Shown piece by piece: positions 8,100 to 10,126 of a stretch of DNA of 10,126 nucleotides; the stretch's first letter is position 1, and the number at the start of each line of letters is the position of its first letter. The notes under the pieces were generated by a model, which was not told the origin of the DNA, did not search any database, and was given only the letters and a program-made list of their open reading frames with translations. The DNA lies in NCBI GenBank assembly GCA_001600695.1, contig BCKQ01000036.1:30192-40317 (forward strand), in the 5' to 3' direction. Source of the DNA: Ascoidea asiatica JCM 7603 (Eukaryota > Fungi > Ascomycota). The translations under genes and the position numbers were made by a program.

Positions 8100-8636
8100 G
8101 ATAAAAAATTACCTATCGTTATCGAACAATGGAATAAAACTCAAATCCTACTTTTAAAGAAATTGAAGTCAGGGCCGAAAAAAATCAAACAGAATGATAA
8201 TAGAAGCAGCAATTAGAGTAATAGTTAAATCGAAAATGATTCTTAGAGCTATAGGTTTTTTTTACTGAATAATGTGGAAAATCTCAAAATTTGAAGTAAT
8301 TGAGAAAAAAGGAACTATTAAACTAATCAAAACTAAAAAGTTGTCGAATTATAGAAGTTAATTTATACTTTCTATGCAAAATAAATTTAAATCATATTTG
8401 GAGGTAATGAAATCTGAGATTATTCGTGATATTAATATGCATTTAGACAAATTGTCAAATAAGTTGATCAGTATTTTTCACAAATGGTTAATTTATACAA
8501 ATGGCAACTTTATCTTGATTTATGATCTAAGATGTTTAAGATTGGGTATTTAAAATATATTTTTGGTGAATTGAGTTGTTGTAGACTATATCTATTAGTA
8601 ATAATAGGATACCAAAAGAAGTGCTACATTAATTAA
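8100..8636 (+). pseudogene. Decayed copy 3 of the RNase III/dsRBD-like family
   Basis: 8374-8553 encodes ...FKSYLEVMKSEIIRDINMHLDKLSNKLISIFHK, aligning with copy 2 FKKYIKLNPNLILSKLQIYLNKLSCELTKSLHD. After a frameshift, 8541-8570 IGYLKYIFGE aligns with copy 1 ISYLEYQLGG. In-frame stop at 8359. Boundaries approximate. Confidence 0.5.
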
Positions 8637-9007
8637 AAGTTCGAATTGATAATTCTAATCAATTTCTTCAGGAGTTTTACATATAAACTTAAATAATATT
8701 ATAAAGAAAAAAAAACAATTTTAATGGAACACACTTCACTTTTGGCTACAAAAGATTGAGAAAATAACTGATGTTACTTATATGTTCATACCAAGTGTTT
8801 AGCAATTTATTGGAATCAAAAGTGATTTCATTAATTTAATTATTATTTCAGTTTCTTTGTTACTTTGTTGCTTTGTTACTTTTGAGTTTTTTGGTTCCTG
8901 TCATGATATTTAAATTTGAGAGTTCCAACTTTGAAGCAAATAACCAAAATTTTGATTGAAATGATGATATTTTTTTAAAATTTTTTTTAAAGATTTTTTG
9001 TCAATAG

Positions 9008-9330
9008 TATTATCAATACAGTTCTTATTAAAATTTTCATTGAATATATAACTATTATTAACACAGTTGACTGTGAAGGAATCACAGAGAGACTTGCTCA
9101 AATTAATCTTGTAAATAATGTTAGGTATTAGCATTTCTTGAAGTAGCTTCACAATTGCAAATATACATTGAAGAAATAGCATACAAGAAAAATAAAAAAT
9201 CTCCAATTTCCAATGAAACAACTCCAAAATATGGATATTATTCATTTTATTTTGATCCGCTATCTTTCAAAAGAAAAAAAATATATAAAGATGAAATTTT
9301 TTGCCATAGACAGGATTCAATTCACAAAAG
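9008..9330 (+). pseudogene. Possible decayed copy 4 of the same family (dsRBD-region relic)
   Basis: 9063-9125 TVDCEGITERLAQINLVNNVR ~ copy 1 LVIMNGTSESQVNFKLIDFLK and copy 2 ILRLEGPTKTDL. After a frame change, ASQLQIYIEEIAY (from 9146) ~ copy 2 LSKLQIYLNKLSC. Spacing is collinear, with several stops and frameshifts. Confidence 0.35.
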
Positions 9331-10126
9331 GCCCAAAAAATTTACAAAATATTCTATTTTTCAACAATATTGAATTTACTATACCGAAAAAAAAAGAACT
9401 TAAAAACAAAACTCAAAACAAACTGTTGCTGAATAACACCATTTTTTTATTTTTCAATAATTTGTAATCAAAACCCATTTTGGACCAATCCTTTTTACTA
9501 TTAAAAAGAGAATATACTTAAAAAGATGTTCATTTGTTAACATATTTCAATCGATCTGGAAATGATTTCGATGTTTCGAAATTATTTTTAAATGCAATAT
9601 AATTAAATGAATAGAAATAGCAAAAGTTGCATTCGAGTTTCTTTCACGTATCACGTCTATTCTTCAATATACCAGTACTTTTTGTATTAACTACAGTTAT
9701 CCACTAGCATTTTATTATTTTCTAAGATCATGCTATTTTGTATAGATCTTTTGATATCTTAACTAGATAGACAATAGAGATATGCTGCATGTACATTAAA
9801 TGGTTCTTATTAACCAGTTGTCTTTTAGTAATTGCAGATCCATTCATTCCACAATTTATTCATTCAATCAATGGATAATAGAATTTTTTTTAAATAGTGA
9901 CAATTGAATTGCATTTTGTGAGCTTCGATTTGCCATATTGAAAACACTGGCTAGAGAAAGTAGTTTCTGTGGCCGTTTTTGGTGTCTGCAAAACCCAGAC
10001 TCCTTCCTAATCGGGCCTCTTCAATGCTCTCCCTCAAATCGATTATAATACTTTCAGCCAACAATAAAAGAATGCTCCACAACAATAGTGAGTTTGGAAT
10101 TTCATTAAACTAATATTCACACAATA

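Noticed and set aside
8910-9245. 111-aa minus-strand ORF
   Set aside because: Antisense to the putative plus-strand relic, N/I/K/F-biased, no motif.
1-10126. CRISPR arrays, rRNA/tRNA genes, prokaryotic defence operon
   Set aside because: No regularly spaced repeat-spacer units and no structured-RNA signatures; gene content and spacing are eukaryotic (yeast-like).

Overview
Very AT-rich, intron-poor eukaryotic DNA that looks like a budding-yeast (Saccharomycotina) genome; the species cannot be named from sequence alone. The one conventional gene is a DUF4112-family membrane protein (3168-3740, minus strand). Divergent from it, on the plus strand, is what reads as a tandem cluster of highly diverged Rnt1/Dcr1-type RNase III + dsRNA-binding-domain (dsRBD) paralogs. 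Two are long ORFs (frames open 4641-5813 and 6342-7640). Both keep the RNase III helical scaffold (S-x3-K-K-W-x3-Y-N-F; W-L/I-x2-L-I) but appear to lack most catalytic acidic residues, differ in dsRBD number, and have a frame break near the 5' end. Two further decayed relics of the same family lie at about 8100-8640 and 9000-9330. A near-identical 19-bp Mcm1/CArG-type motif sits upstream of copies 1, 2 and 3. The left 3 kb is gene-poor, with an AT minisatellite and possible decayed coding sequence. Family assignments come from by-eye alignment to protein sequences recalled from memory, not from database searches.
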